A stretch of DNA of 61,679 bases, counting the filler, from Rhabdomonas costata (lineage: Eukaryota): the NCBI GenBank assembly GCA_019059605.1. It is 18 parts of 18 records of this genome, joined end to end, with 100 filler letters (N's around TTAATTAATTAA, not from the genome) between each part and the next. Parts side by side here need not be neighbours in the genome. Positions count along the whole stretch, not along the records: positions 48,089 to 51,408 come from JAHMHO010000996.1; positions 51,509 to 54,832 come from JAHMHO010000997.1; positions 54,933 to 58,255 come from JAHMHO010000998.1; positions 58,356 to 61,679 come from JAHMHO010000999.1; 14 more parts are not named here. One strand, written 5' to 3'. The position numbers and the translations under genes are program-made. The notes beneath the pieces were generated by a model, which was not told where the DNA came from, did not search any database, and saw only the letters and a list, made by a program, of their open reading frames with translations. Shown here piece after piece: positions 50,286 through 61,679 of this stretch. Every line of letters begins with the position of its first letter. Position 1 is the stretch's first letter.

Positions 50286-51408
50286 ATGCTAACATCACCA
50301 TACACTAACCCATCAACTCACATCTTCACTCCTTCAACCCTCACTCACTCCAACAACCATACACTAAGAGAGCGTAGAACATGACACCGTAAGACAAGCA
50401 CTAACAGAGAGCATGGTTACAGAGACATGGAGCATGGTAGAAGGAACAGAGACAGAAGGCATGGAGACAGAAGCATCAACCCTACAGCTAGAAACAGAGA
50501 CATCATCAACCACAACATCCACGCCCTGAACCACCACCGTACCACCAGAAGCATGAATACCAGCATCTAACACTACGCGAACACTAGAAGCATGAATCAT
50601 GACACCCTCAACCTCCACAGAAACAGATCTCTCTACCACCACAGGAATACGCATCATACCAACATCACCAACCATGCACTGAACCCCTCCATCCAGAATG
50701 CCTCCAACCATGCCACCAACACGAGAGCCAGGAATACGCAACATGCCATCACTACCAACGCCATCACCCTCACCCTCCATCTTCAACCCAGCATTACCCT
50801 CCACAAACACACACTCAGAGTCAAGCACACCAACAGGAGCCATCACTCCAGCATCACCAGCATCAAGCACTACAGGAACGCTACCACACAACTCTACCAC
50901 TACAGAAGGAACGCAACCACCAACACCCAACACTCCGACACCAAGACCAGCAGCATCAACACAACACGCAACAAGCACTACAGTAGGAACGCTAACACAA
51001 ACAGATCCAGGAATACAAACGTAACCAAAACGCATCAAGGAACAAGGAACACCACTACCACTACCACAATCAGAACCAGTAACGCAGGAGCAATCAACAC
51101 CACCAGGAACCACACTACCACCAGGAATGCCAACAACGTGAACACCAACACCCACCACTCCACTCCACAAACACTGAAACCACTAACGCATGACACCACT
51201 AACCCTCGACACTAACGCCAACACCAACACCAACACACCCTACTACTACACCTACTCCACTAAACTCCACTCCACTCCAACCCACTACACCATACCCTAC
51301 ACCTACCATAAGAAGAAGAAGAAGCAGAAGACACGCACACGTAAGGAACCCAAAGCACCAACACCACAAGCCCACTACAGCACATACCAAACACTAAAAC
51401 AACACAAA
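50286..51408 (+). pseudogene. nad4: Mitochondrial-type nad4 frame: putative A-to-I/C-to-U edited cryptogene, or a degenerate copy; frameshifted and truncated by the contig end
   Basis: Strong codon periodicity (NCA/NNA) with in-frame TGA. Motifs in Nad4 order: IIP...W; R.........LPTPSPSPSIF (cf. LYTLLGSLFML); IK....P..LP...S..PG..L..G; NPKHQHHKPTTAHT (cf. DLKKIIAYSSVAHM). Confidence 0.65.
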
Positions 51409-52156
51409 NNNNNNNNNNNNNNNNNNNNNNNNNNNNNNNNNNNNNNNNNNNNTTAATTAATTAANNNNNNNNNNNNNNNNNNNNNNNNNNNNNNNNNNNN
51501 NNNNNNNNTGTTTTTTTGCAATGCCACCTGTAACATGTCGTGCCAGGGAAGAATGCACGTTGGCGTGACCAAGTGATTCACTTGGAATGAGTTGTGGGAA
51601 GGCTTCCCGGCGATTTGGAGAAGTGAATGTTGTGGATGTTTCTTTTGCTGAGTTGAAGAGTGAGCTGTAGTGCAGTTTTCTTTGTGCCTCTTTACGGGTT
51701 GGCTTGGCGATGGCCATCTTTCCGGAGGATAAGCTCCCGCGTTTTATGTTCTTATTTCCGACGGGGGGGAGGTGCGGACAAGAGGTTGAGGTGGTTTTGT
51801 TCGGTTAAGATAGTGACGGGTTTGGTGTTACTTCGACTTTGCCGAACTAATGGAACAGCGTTATGAGCGGGCACCGCTGTGGTGGTGGGCGGCACGTGCT
51901 ATGGTGGGCACACGAAGAAATTTCTTGCTTTCTTTCGACATCTGACCTTAGCCCAACAAAAATCATCAGCCCGCGTTTCGCTACCAGCAAGTGCTGGTGC
52001 AACCGCTGGACCCTCCCCCTCTCTGCAGCAAACGAACACTGCTTTTCAAGGGCTGTTTGAGGCCGCTGAGTTTGCACTGATGTGCGATGGCACTGCATCA
52101 GTGTGGAGAAATTGGTGGATCCATCGTCCCTCTTGCTGTCTCACGGCACAGCCCAG

Positions 52157-54335
52157 AATTAAGCTGGAGGAAGAGTGGAAGGAAAAGGAGGAGGCCCATC
52201 AGAAGAAGGCCGAGGAGGAACGCGCACGCAAGGTGCTGACATCTCCCCCCCCCCCCTACCCACCCGGAGCCGCACCTCGCGGTTACTGTATTGCCTGCAT
52301 GCTCATGTTGGTTGGGGTTTGAGTATCGGGAAGTTCCCACAGCCTGCTTCAGGTTTTACTGTTGAGCCCTCTCCCTCTCTGAGCCGGCGTTGAAGTTGAA
52401 CCCAGGTGGCGTGTGGCGTTGGATTTGCTGGATTGGCGCTGCTCCTGAGCTCAGGGAGTTGGAAGGCTGTGAACTTTTCGTGCGTCTGTACTTTCAGCGG
52501 GGGCGGGGATCACTAGCGTCCAGGGCTTGTGGGCTTTTACGCCGGAGCCATTGTCAGCGCTTTTTATTTTCTCTGAACGCGCGTATTTTCATTTCCTTCT
52601 GTCGAGCGCCCCACCATGTTTTTGACTCCTTTTTTATTTTCCCCTTTTGTAGTGGACGAGAACTGGGTGACTGCTCCATTGCCATGGCCAGCATCTCATC
52701 CAAATTATGTCCTCATCCGACTTATCCTTGCCTCTCCGCGGTTTCATTTTTGCGCTCTCTCCTCCTCTTCGTCCTTCCCGCTGGTTCCGAACCGTCGGCC
52801 AGTGTAACAAGCGATCCCTTCACGTCTGCTCAGGCACAGTGGGATCGGCAGAAGAAAATTGATCGGAGCTGGGAGCCCCCTCAGGAGCCCAAGCCCGAGC
52901 CCAAGGCCGAGCCCAAGCAGGGGCCCGCCAAACCTGCGCCCAAGCCTGCAGGCACTCACACCCACTGTCAGCCGTCGCCACTTTGTTGTTCCCTACCTTA
53001 CTTCTATTTGCACCGCGTGCTTTCTCGTCCTTCCTTGGTACATCGGTGTCTTTTGTCTCTCTTGGGCTGTGAAGATATATTATTGCATATGCATGTTATT
53101 ATTTCATAACATTTGCATGTATGTCTGTGGGTAGTGTGGGTAGTGGCTTTTTCATGCCCCCAAAGCACACAATTTCTCGTTGCCTAAAATCGTCGGCGTG
53201 CAAACAAAAGAAGAACTCGTAATATTCTGAATAACTCGAGGGCAACAAACCCGCAGGTTTGTGTCTTGGATGGATCTGAATTTTTTCCCGGGCTTTTGAT
53301 TACCCATATCCCCAAATCGTGAGCACTCTCCGATTCATCAGTTGCTCTTCTGCGCCCTCAGCGGTCAGCGGTTTCGCAAAATCAAAACAAATAGCTGGGG
53401 GCAAGAAGGGCAAGAAAGCCTTCGACCCCTCGATGTATGCCGGGGTAGCGACCGCGTTGGCAAAACCCAAGCCCCGGCCGGAGTCTGCCTCGGCCTCTGG
53501 CGCTGAGGCCCCCCCAGTAGTGGTGGAACGCGAGCTGCCGTGGGACCCTGAGAAGGGGGACAAGGACCCCAAGAGGGATCCCCAGCTGAAGAAGGAGGAG
53601 GCCGCGGCCAACGACCGCGCGGACAAGGCCTGGGCGAAGTACCTCATTGAGTGGAACAAGTCTGTGCCCTGTGTGTCGGGTACCCATAAACTGACACCTG
53701 GCTCGTGCCCTTGTGGATACACATGCACGCACCCACATACACACACCACGGTGCATAAAGCTTGTGTTTCTTTTGGTTTTCCGGTCGCGAGATTCCCTGA
53801 AAATGATTGCTTATCGTTTGCTGCCCTGCATCTTTCGGTGAGAGGGGAAGGGGAACGCCCAAAGTTTCGATGGTGAATCTCGGCGACTGGCAGTCAATGG
53901 GAGGAAACTCCGGTTCGAAAGTTTTTCGTCTGAAAGGTTCTATTTTTCCCACAACACTAGCTTTTCCGTCTTTCCCTGCTTTTTGGCTAATTTGGTTGAG
54001 ATAACCCTTTGGTCAACGTGACCCGTTGGGGGGCCAGTGGGAGTTGCGGTCGGGAGCGATGATTGAGAAATGAAGGAATGTAAGCGCAAACGCACCACGA
54101 ACTGGGCGCAATTCAAAGGTATCGCTTACCCCCCGCAAGATCTTAAGGGCCCAAGTTGAGAGGAGAAAATTGGTAACCGGGCACCAATGCCATTCTGATT
54201 CTGTGCTGTAGGATGAAGACGGAGTACCAGAGAGAGGTGAAGCGGTTTCAGGAGCTGGGGCTGTACGAAGAGCCCGAGTTCCGAACGGATCCCTCCTCAG
54301 AAGAAAGTGACGGGAGCGAGTCTTCCTCGGACTGA
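52157..54335 (+). CDS. Charged Lys/Glu/Pro-rich protein, C-terminal exons
   Basis: Exons 52157-52232, 52834-52951 (probable GC donor), 53362 or 53395 to 53659, and 54212-54335 (ends in a stop). They are in phase and GC3-rich. Confidence 0.75.
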
Positions 54336-55248
54336 TGACCGGCTCGTCCGCCTCCTCTCTCCCCGCCCACTCTTCGATGTCACAGCCTTCTCTGCCCAAT
54401 TTCAATTGCTTCCTCATTCCCCCTCGCTGTCGTCCCGTGTGGCTCCCACGTGCCTTCTGGATTCCCGTGGAGGGGAAAGTGTTTCGTAGAGAAACGCTTT
54501 GAACCTTTGGGGGGCACCGTGGGAGGCCCCGACAGTGAGTCATATTGACCGTGCATTGCTGAAGGAAACATTCGCCTGCTTTGCGGTGTAGATAACGCTT
54601 CTTTTGTGGGTTGGCTGAGGGTGGAGATTGAGCGGTTGGGAGGAGAATGGATGCGAATGGCACATCCCCTTTGTGGTAGACAACATAAGAGCATAAGGAA
54701 ACTTCTCTTCGTGCGCCGTGGATAATCTCAGTATGGTTTTAGGGTTCAGTTGTGGCTCACTGAACTTCCTCAATATTCGTACGTTCCGTTACGTTCCCAA
54801 AAACCGCCTTTCCCCGGAGGATTGCTGCCTGCNNNNNNNNNNNNNNNNNNNNNNNNNNNNNNNNNNNNNNNNNNNNTTAATTAATTAANNNNNNNNNNNN
54901 NNNNNNNNNNNNNNNNNNNNNNNNNNNNNNNNTTTGTTTTTGATAACGGAGGAAGGAACGCCCGGTACGAGGTCAGAATCAGAAACGAATTCCGAACAGG
55001 GGACCTGAAAACGGGTTTGATCCGATTTTCGACGGCCTTCAGCGCTAAATAGCGTTGTCTTGGTACCCGCTCAATGACCGGGGGCGATGGTTGCCAAAGT
55101 GGATAGTTTCGCGTACGCCTCGAGAAGTTTCTGAAACCCATGAGTCAGCGAACAACCTGTCATATATTTCGGGAACGTCGCCCAGCAATCAGCAATGCAT
55201 GCAGGAACACGCATGAACCTTCTCATTGGATCTGAATCTATGGATTAG

Positions 55249-58200
55249 GAGAACGCGAAGCTCGTGGGAAGGTTTCTGCAGTCCGCCAAGACGAAGGACG
55301 GGTGGTTCCGTCGAATGATGGCGGAGGTGATGACACTGGAGGCCGCGGCCTCCCCGGCGCCAGCACGCCCACCTGCTGCGGCTGGGACAAACACTCCCGC
55401 GGCCGCGGACATGCCCCAGGACCAGTGCAAGCAAACCGGCTCAGAGTTCGTCCAGAAAGTCTTTGAGGGGTATGTTTGGTGGGACAAGAAGCCGAAAAGG
55501 GATTAGGGGCACCGCTAGCAGCGGAGGGTTAGAGGGGTCAGGAATTTCTGACTCCAAGGACCGGCGACGCAGCGTTTCGGGGCACCTGCTATGTATGCAA
55601 CAGATCCCAGGCCTGATGCGGATTAGCCCTCATCTTTGTTGTACGGGTATTATTCTTTTCAAGGTTTTTGCGATTGTTTGCTTTCAGTGAAATTGATTAG
55701 GAAAGGGAGCAGATGACCTGGTGTGTATAATCGATCATCCAACGATATGTGTATTCAATCAATAGCAAGAGACGGTACTTTCTCTGCTTGCGCCTTTCTC
55801 ACACGCTCTGACGCCTCCACACCCATGATGACTGATGTGCTTACCAGTACTCTCTTTTTTCCTCTCATCACTTCTTTTCACTTCCCTTCTGTCGCGTTCT
55901 TTTCTTTTCAGTGCATATCATGCAGATCCAGGAAACGATTTTCAACGTTTTTCTTTTGTCTTTTCCTACTTATCTTGATTGGTGGATAGTCGACGTGGGA
56001 TTGGCCTTTTGTTGTTGTGGTGCACCCTCCCAGAACCCAGGACGAGATGGATCCCATCGTGGACGACCTCTTCGGGAAACTCGAGACAAACTGCTGCATG
56101 GCGGACGAGATGTGGAACAAGATGGACCTTGACAAAGACGGAAAGGCACGCGACGGCCTCTCAAACCCCTCCTGTCGCACACAGTCTTTGTTTTCCCCTC
56201 ATTGTCCCTAATTGAAATAATGAAGGAGTCCAGACGCAAGACTTCCCCCAAGCCGGTTTCTTTTTGCGTCGGAATCAGTTTTATGACGGCAACCCCTGTA
56301 ATAGGTGAACAAGTGCGATTTCCTGGCCACCTTTGTCCCGGTGGCAGTGGAGCTTATCCGGCAGCTCACTCATCGAGCCCTGTACGCGCTGCTATCCTCG
56401 GGCAAGGTGTGGGTTGCCGACTTACGTTGGTGTTTCTCCGAAATTCGCACTCTGTTTTCTGTGGTAATGTGTTGGTGGACGGACGCGTTGTTTTACCAAC
56501 AGTGAAGTCTCAGTTGGTATCAGTCGGCATTTGGCCAGTCGTTTGAGCCCTATTTTTGGCACCACCTACCTCAATACCCATCTCGATGATGCCACACCAA
56601 CAAAACCTTTTATTCTAGATAAAGTTGAATTCGGAATCAAAGCCACAATGCTGTGAAGGTTGTTTTTGGTGATCGAATGGGAGGGGAATGGGAAACGTGA
56701 GTGATATTTTATGATTATCTCTCTTAGGTTCTCGTTTTCGGACTTCTAGTTCGTCTATTAATAAGAAATGCGGAATCTCTTACAATACATGACATGAAAC
56801 AACGAATGATTGGTGGGTAAGAGAGGACGCGATACGGATGCACTTTGTTCCCTCGGTTGGTTGGGCACGCAGGTCAACTTCACGGCGTTCATGGAGAACC
56901 TGCAGAGACCTGGGGACTCCGCGCAGGACGCCGCGAAACTCAAGGTGGCCTTTGGGGAAGCTGTGCGGGAGATGGCTGCCCTGGAGATCCGGCAGTGCAT
57001 CCCTGCGGACTTGCCCAACTTCTGGCAGAAGGTTTGTGGCTGCATTTGTGGAGCCTTCTACGGCATTGCTATATGGTTCCTGTCTTGTGTTTTCGGGTTA
57101 GAGGGGGAAATAATTGTGTCGTCTTCCCGTTCACCATGGTGTTAAGCCCTATTTCGAGACTTCTCGGCCTGACATCCAAGAGCATACCCATGTGCATTTT
57201 GGATGATGCACTTGATGAGTTGCTCGGACATGCAGCTACGATGTGATGTGTAAGGCCTCCATGTGTTGTATGATGTTGCGATTTGGCTTTCTTGTGATCC
57301 GTGCAACGCGACCACTAACAAAAGCGGTGAAGAGCAGGACAGCACTGGTTTTATAAATCTGCTCTCCGGTATGTTTGTTGCACAATGGGCCCCAATTGAC
57401 GTTGCGGGGGGAGGGGCGACTTCGGTGGTAGCGGTTTGGCTGACACAAGTACTTTTGCGAAAGGATTAACGGTCAGCTGGGCTTGTCTCCAAGACAAAGA
57501 GTTCTTAGTATGGGGAAACTGAGTAACTGTTCCAACTGCTCGGCTCCACTCCGCGTGGAACAGGTTTGTCGGCTGCTGCGCGAGAAGCTGGGTTACCCAA
57601 CCGTGAAGCCCGCTGAGCCCGAGAAGCCCGCTCCGACAGGCAACCTTCCGCCATGTGTCGCAGCCCTCTTCCCAAACTCCTCCTCCTCCTCTTCCTCCAC
57701 TACTGTTCCTCCGCGAGCCCTCGCCAGCCCAGCGCCCTCCACCGGTAGTGTAATGATCGGCAGCGGAGGGGCCCCGGCAATGACTTTTCAGCCCGTCCGC
57801 CCTGCCCAACCGTTCGTTCTCCCCACGACAAAGCCAGCCACCTTCTCCAGCTTCTCTGGAACTCCCATCACGACCACGTGGTCCTTCCAGTCTCAGACCC
57901 CAACCTCTGCCAGCTCCGACGGCGCGTTCCGGACCACCCGCCAGACAAGTCTGCCCTCCCTCCTTGCACCCTCCCCGGCCCCTCTGCCAGTTGCGGCGTC
58001 CACAATAATCGGCTCCCCGCAAGAGCTTGCTCGCCGGATTAGCCTGCCCAGCTTCGGCACCACTTCCACCGCCATTCCCTCAGCAACAACCTCAACCCCG
58101 CTCATTTCCACAACCTCGACCACGGTATGGTCCTCCACGTCCCAGGGGTGGACTGCGACTCCGCAGCCTTCAGTGGGGTCCGCACCTTCACCCGCAGCCT

Positions 58201-58255
58201 CGTCGCCATCCCCGGCACCATGGTCGAAGTTCACCATTCCATCGTCCACGTCACC
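55249..58255 (+). CDS. EF-hand-containing protein with a long Ser/Thr/Pro-rich tail, partial
   Basis: Exons 55249-55469, 56034-56145, 56305-56406, 56873-57031 and 57564 to contig end. Splicing forms the EF loop MDLDKDGKVNKCDF. Confidence 0.8.
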
Positions 58256-59062
58256 NNNNNNNNNNNNNNNNNNNNNNNNNNNNNNNNNNNNNNNNNNNNT
58301 TAATTAATTAANNNNNNNNNNNNNNNNNNNNNNNNNNNNNNNNNNNNNNNNNNNNGGTTTGTTTTGGTTGCCGAGTTTCTTCGAACGGTTTTGAACATTC
58401 GGGTCCGTATATTACTCACGGGGCTAGGGGCTGTTTAACCCTTCGCCTTGCCAATCCAAGGGATCCAAGGGGCATTCTGCGTACATGTGAAGACGACAAA
58501 CAGACCTGATTGTTTTAAGTGGGAGGAGCCATGGCAACAGTCTGGCTGTTTCGGAATTGCTATGACCCTAAGTAGAAGCCAGAGGTGAGAGAGCAAGCTT
58601 AAAGCAAAATCTTTCGGCACAGCAAGCATGCCAACATGACAAAGACCATTAGGATCCGGACGCGGAGGCAATGCCACACCTTTTTCTTATCTAAAAAGAA
58701 GAATGTCGCAAGAACCATAGTCGAAACACAGTCTGGTCCAGGGAATAAGGAGCAGAAGTGGGAGAAAGTACAGCCGCATACCTTCAAACCTGGACACCGC
58801 ATGCCTTTGATAAAACCCGTGAACCCCGTCAATTGAACAGCATGGAGTCAAAAGGCACACAGACAGACACCGCAGAAGTGAACAGTAGCAATCAAAACAA
58901 ACCTCACACAGCCACCCCCCAATTTTTTTTTTGCTAAAAAAACAAAACCTGTCACATCTTGCTTTCACCAGAACACACAGATACCACCCAAAAATGGTCT
59001 CACAGCCTCTTTAAAAACCACATGAACAAATTCCTATGACGTTCTATCCCTCCTTACTGCGA

Positions 59063-59098
59063 GCTAAGGGTCGCTAAGGGTAGCTAAGGGTCGCAAGG
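59063..59098 (+). repeat. 10-bp tandem repeat (GCTAAGGGTm) x3.5
   Basis: Seen directly; it overlaps the stop of a minus-strand frame. Confidence 0.85.
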
Positions 59099-61679
59099 CC
59101 CAGGAACGCCAGGGGGGCGGGACCCGGCGGTCTCCGCAGCACTCCCAGAAGGTGACAGGGGCCCTTGAGGGGAAGACGCCGTTGCCCCGGCTTGTAAAGG
59201 GCGGTGACCCAGCACGCAAACCCGGTACAGGCACTGCAAGAGGGCCTTTACGGAGGGGAAGGGCTTGGCCCAGACCTTTATAGGCACACAAGGGCGTGGA
59301 TAGGTGAGTGAGTGAGTGTGTGTATGTGTGGATGGAAACAGGCAACGAGAAGAGCCCCACAACCCCCCGCCCCCATCCCTTCACTCTTCAATAACAATCA
59401 TGTCCTTTATTCCTTTAGCTCCATTCCCCCATCTTTGGCTTACCTCTTGCTCTCTTGCAACTTGGTTTCTCTCCTGCTTGTATCAATATCTTTGTACCGA
59501 CTATTCTACAGCGCGTGGCGGACGTTCAACGGATCTCACCCGTGATGCTGTCCCCTAGCACAGAAAATGATACCGACCCAAAGCTCGGGCGGGGCATGTG
59601 CAATCGAACGTCCATTGGAAAATGCTTCTGAAGGAGTCTGCACAATAGCAAACGCTATCGTTTATTGTTGATAAACACAGACTCGCGCCATTCTCCATTC
59701 TTCTTACACGGCCGAAAGCCGCGGGCAGCTTTTGCCCAAAAACAAAATCTGGACTCGTTGGCCTGTGTTTTCTTTGGTTTCCAGCAAATCGACAGTCTTG
59801 TCCATGTGTGCGTAAGTTTTCACGAGCCTTCACCCGAAAAAACACACTGACCAAGTGCTTTACTTTTGAGTGTGTGCCTGGAAGCAAAGGAGCTTCTGTC
59901 GCGGAGCGCTGTAGGAAATTCTTGGACCGAATTCCACCGACAGGGAGCACACTGGAGGGGACGAGATTTGTCGCGCATTCCTGGGGAAGACCAAAACAGA
60001 AAATACTGAAACGAAATATTGCATTTTCAGATTATTTTCGACCAGTTCAACCAATAAAGTGCACTCACGCCAACCCCCAAAAAGGGCGCTGTGGGTAGTT
60101 TGCAGACAAAATCAGGAAACCCACGCGCTGAAACACACCACGGGAAGGTAGGCCCCCAGCAGAACATAGACGGCAACAAACAGGGGCCCACGGCGACTGC
60201 CATCTGGCCGAAATCGCGTGTCACTGCTGGGCAAAAGCGCAGCTTTCTCAACCTGGAAAAATTACGGTGTCGACAGGACAAAGACAACCAAACAAGAATC
60301 TTGCAGCCTGTTCCATCACTTTTCTTTGCTGCTAATCTAAATTGCCAGCAATAAGGTGCAGGGTGATTTTTTTTTTGCGAACTAAATGCATCGAAGAAGG
60401 GAACGAAATTATGGAAAGAAACGCTGGCGTTTGCGTGCATGACACAATGAATATTCAAGGCAAACGTTTTTGGGCTAAAGGGGAATGAGTGGGTGACTGC
60501 CCCAAACCATGAGATTAAATGCTCTTTGATCCATCTGGGGGATTTTCAACACTTCCCCCTACACAACCACAGCAACGAAAATACATGAATTTCTTCCGAA
60601 CTCACAGCACGATGTTTCTCCGAGAGAACGCCAGTGAGCTAAGCAAGCATAGACAACGTGACAAAAGAGCCATACCATATAAATGTACACAGAGATCTTC
60701 GCACTGCTTCGAAGGATGGTGAACACGTACAGCCAGACTCCGCATGCAGGGAACTCAGTCTTCGAAAAAGCAATAGCAGAATTTGCAAGGACCATTCTCT
60801 CACTCTCACTCTCATTTGTTTTTCGAGGTTCCAGTTGCGTTTCCAACGACGCTTGTCATCCCGAAAAAATCAAGACAGAAGGCTGATTTAGGTTTTTCTA
60901 GTATTCGTAAAATGGCATTTCCTTCAGCTCCGGTATTAAAACAACTCTCAAAAACATGTGGTCACTCAATGAGTAAAACTATCTGCACAGAAAGAGAGCC
61001 AGTCAGAAAGCCGTGGTTTTGATCGTCTAAGTCATGTTTTCGACTTGAGACAGTGAGAGGAACAAAAGTTTAAAAGGTTATCTGCAGAAAAGCCAGCGAC
61101 ATCTACACCATCTAGCGCCACTTCCGCCACTTCCTTTTCTGATCCATTTTGAAACGAAACAGATCTACACCCCGTAAATGAGCAAAATGCTTTTTTCAGT
61201 TGAGCCAATTTCAGCACCAGGCAATCAAGTCATGCACCTAGTGAACAAGAAGGCCGCTTCCCCACGTACCTCCAGCTCAGGAAGCAGCAGAGATGCACAG
61301 CAGCATAGCAGCCACGAGGAAAAAAACGGAATGCAAAGGAGTCGGTGCAGCGTGCGATGCCCGAGCTCCAGAGTCCGCAGCGCGTCTCGCAGCATTGCGG
61401 AGGAGAGGCAGACCAACCTGACAAGGTGATGGCCATTCGCGCAAAAATTTCAGCTGCTTCACACAACACAGAGAATGAAAGAGAGCATACCCCAGAACCA
61501 GAACGTGAACGCGATCCTCAGTATTTCCTCCCCAAAGACGAGGCAGTGCAAGTAGGACAACTAGACAAGCCAAGATCAAGAGCACAACACCACGACCAAA
61601 GTGGCGATGAATAGCCACTTTGCCACTTTGGACGTCTCCCTCATTCCAAGAACTGTGATTCTCACAGTTCTGCGGTGTT
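59084..61679 (-). CDS. Probable multi-exon membrane-anchored protein; exon chain unresolved
   Basis: A hydrophobic segment GVVLLILACLVVLLALP lies at ~61545-61595, and a candidate last exon at 59275-59084. The strand skew matches minus-strand introns. Confidence 0.3.

Noticed and set aside
50364-51170. 268-aa Val/Gly-rich minus-strand ORF
   Set aside because: It is the antisense shadow of the A+C-rich nad4-like frame; the low T content of the plus strand explains the absence of minus-strand stops.
59063-59098. TAAGGG repeats as telomeric sequence
   Set aside because: The period is 10 bp, there are only about 3 copies, and they are internal to the contig.
1-61679. Gene neighbourhood or operon-like interpretation across the window
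   Set aside because: The contigs are concatenated by size with artificial linkers, so adjacency across linkers has no biological meaning.

Overview
This window is not one locus. It is 18 unrelated eukaryotic contigs of about 3.3 kb, joined by artificial 100-nt N linkers containing TTAATTAATTAA. Most contigs carry pieces of intron-rich nuclear genes with GT-AG and some GC-AG introns: CCT5, VPS13, C2CD3, a class III nucleotide cyclase, an SGNH/PC-esterase, a SIR2-like protein, an EF-hand protein and a >1,000-aa Ser/Thr-rich protein. The gene content fits a flagellated protist, probably a euglenozoan (inference). The main signal is in two contigs (30873-33640 and 49291-51408) that each carry a very A+C-rich reading frame the ORF track misses. 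Aligned by eye, they match mitochondrial nad7 and nad4. Many conserved residues reappear only after A->G and C->U changes (e.g. NPH->DLR, NPK->DLK, KTNTMS->RIDxVS), and the stops are TGA (Trp) or TAG/TAA (convertible by A->G). The two contigs share exact non-coding motifs upstream of the genes, in the same orientation. This pattern suggests unfragmented, single-gene mitochondrial chromosomes with a shared constant region and massive A-to-I/C-to-U editing, or nuclear/chimeric copies of them. All homology calls are by eye against remembered consensus sequences and need HMM and RNA-seq confirmation.
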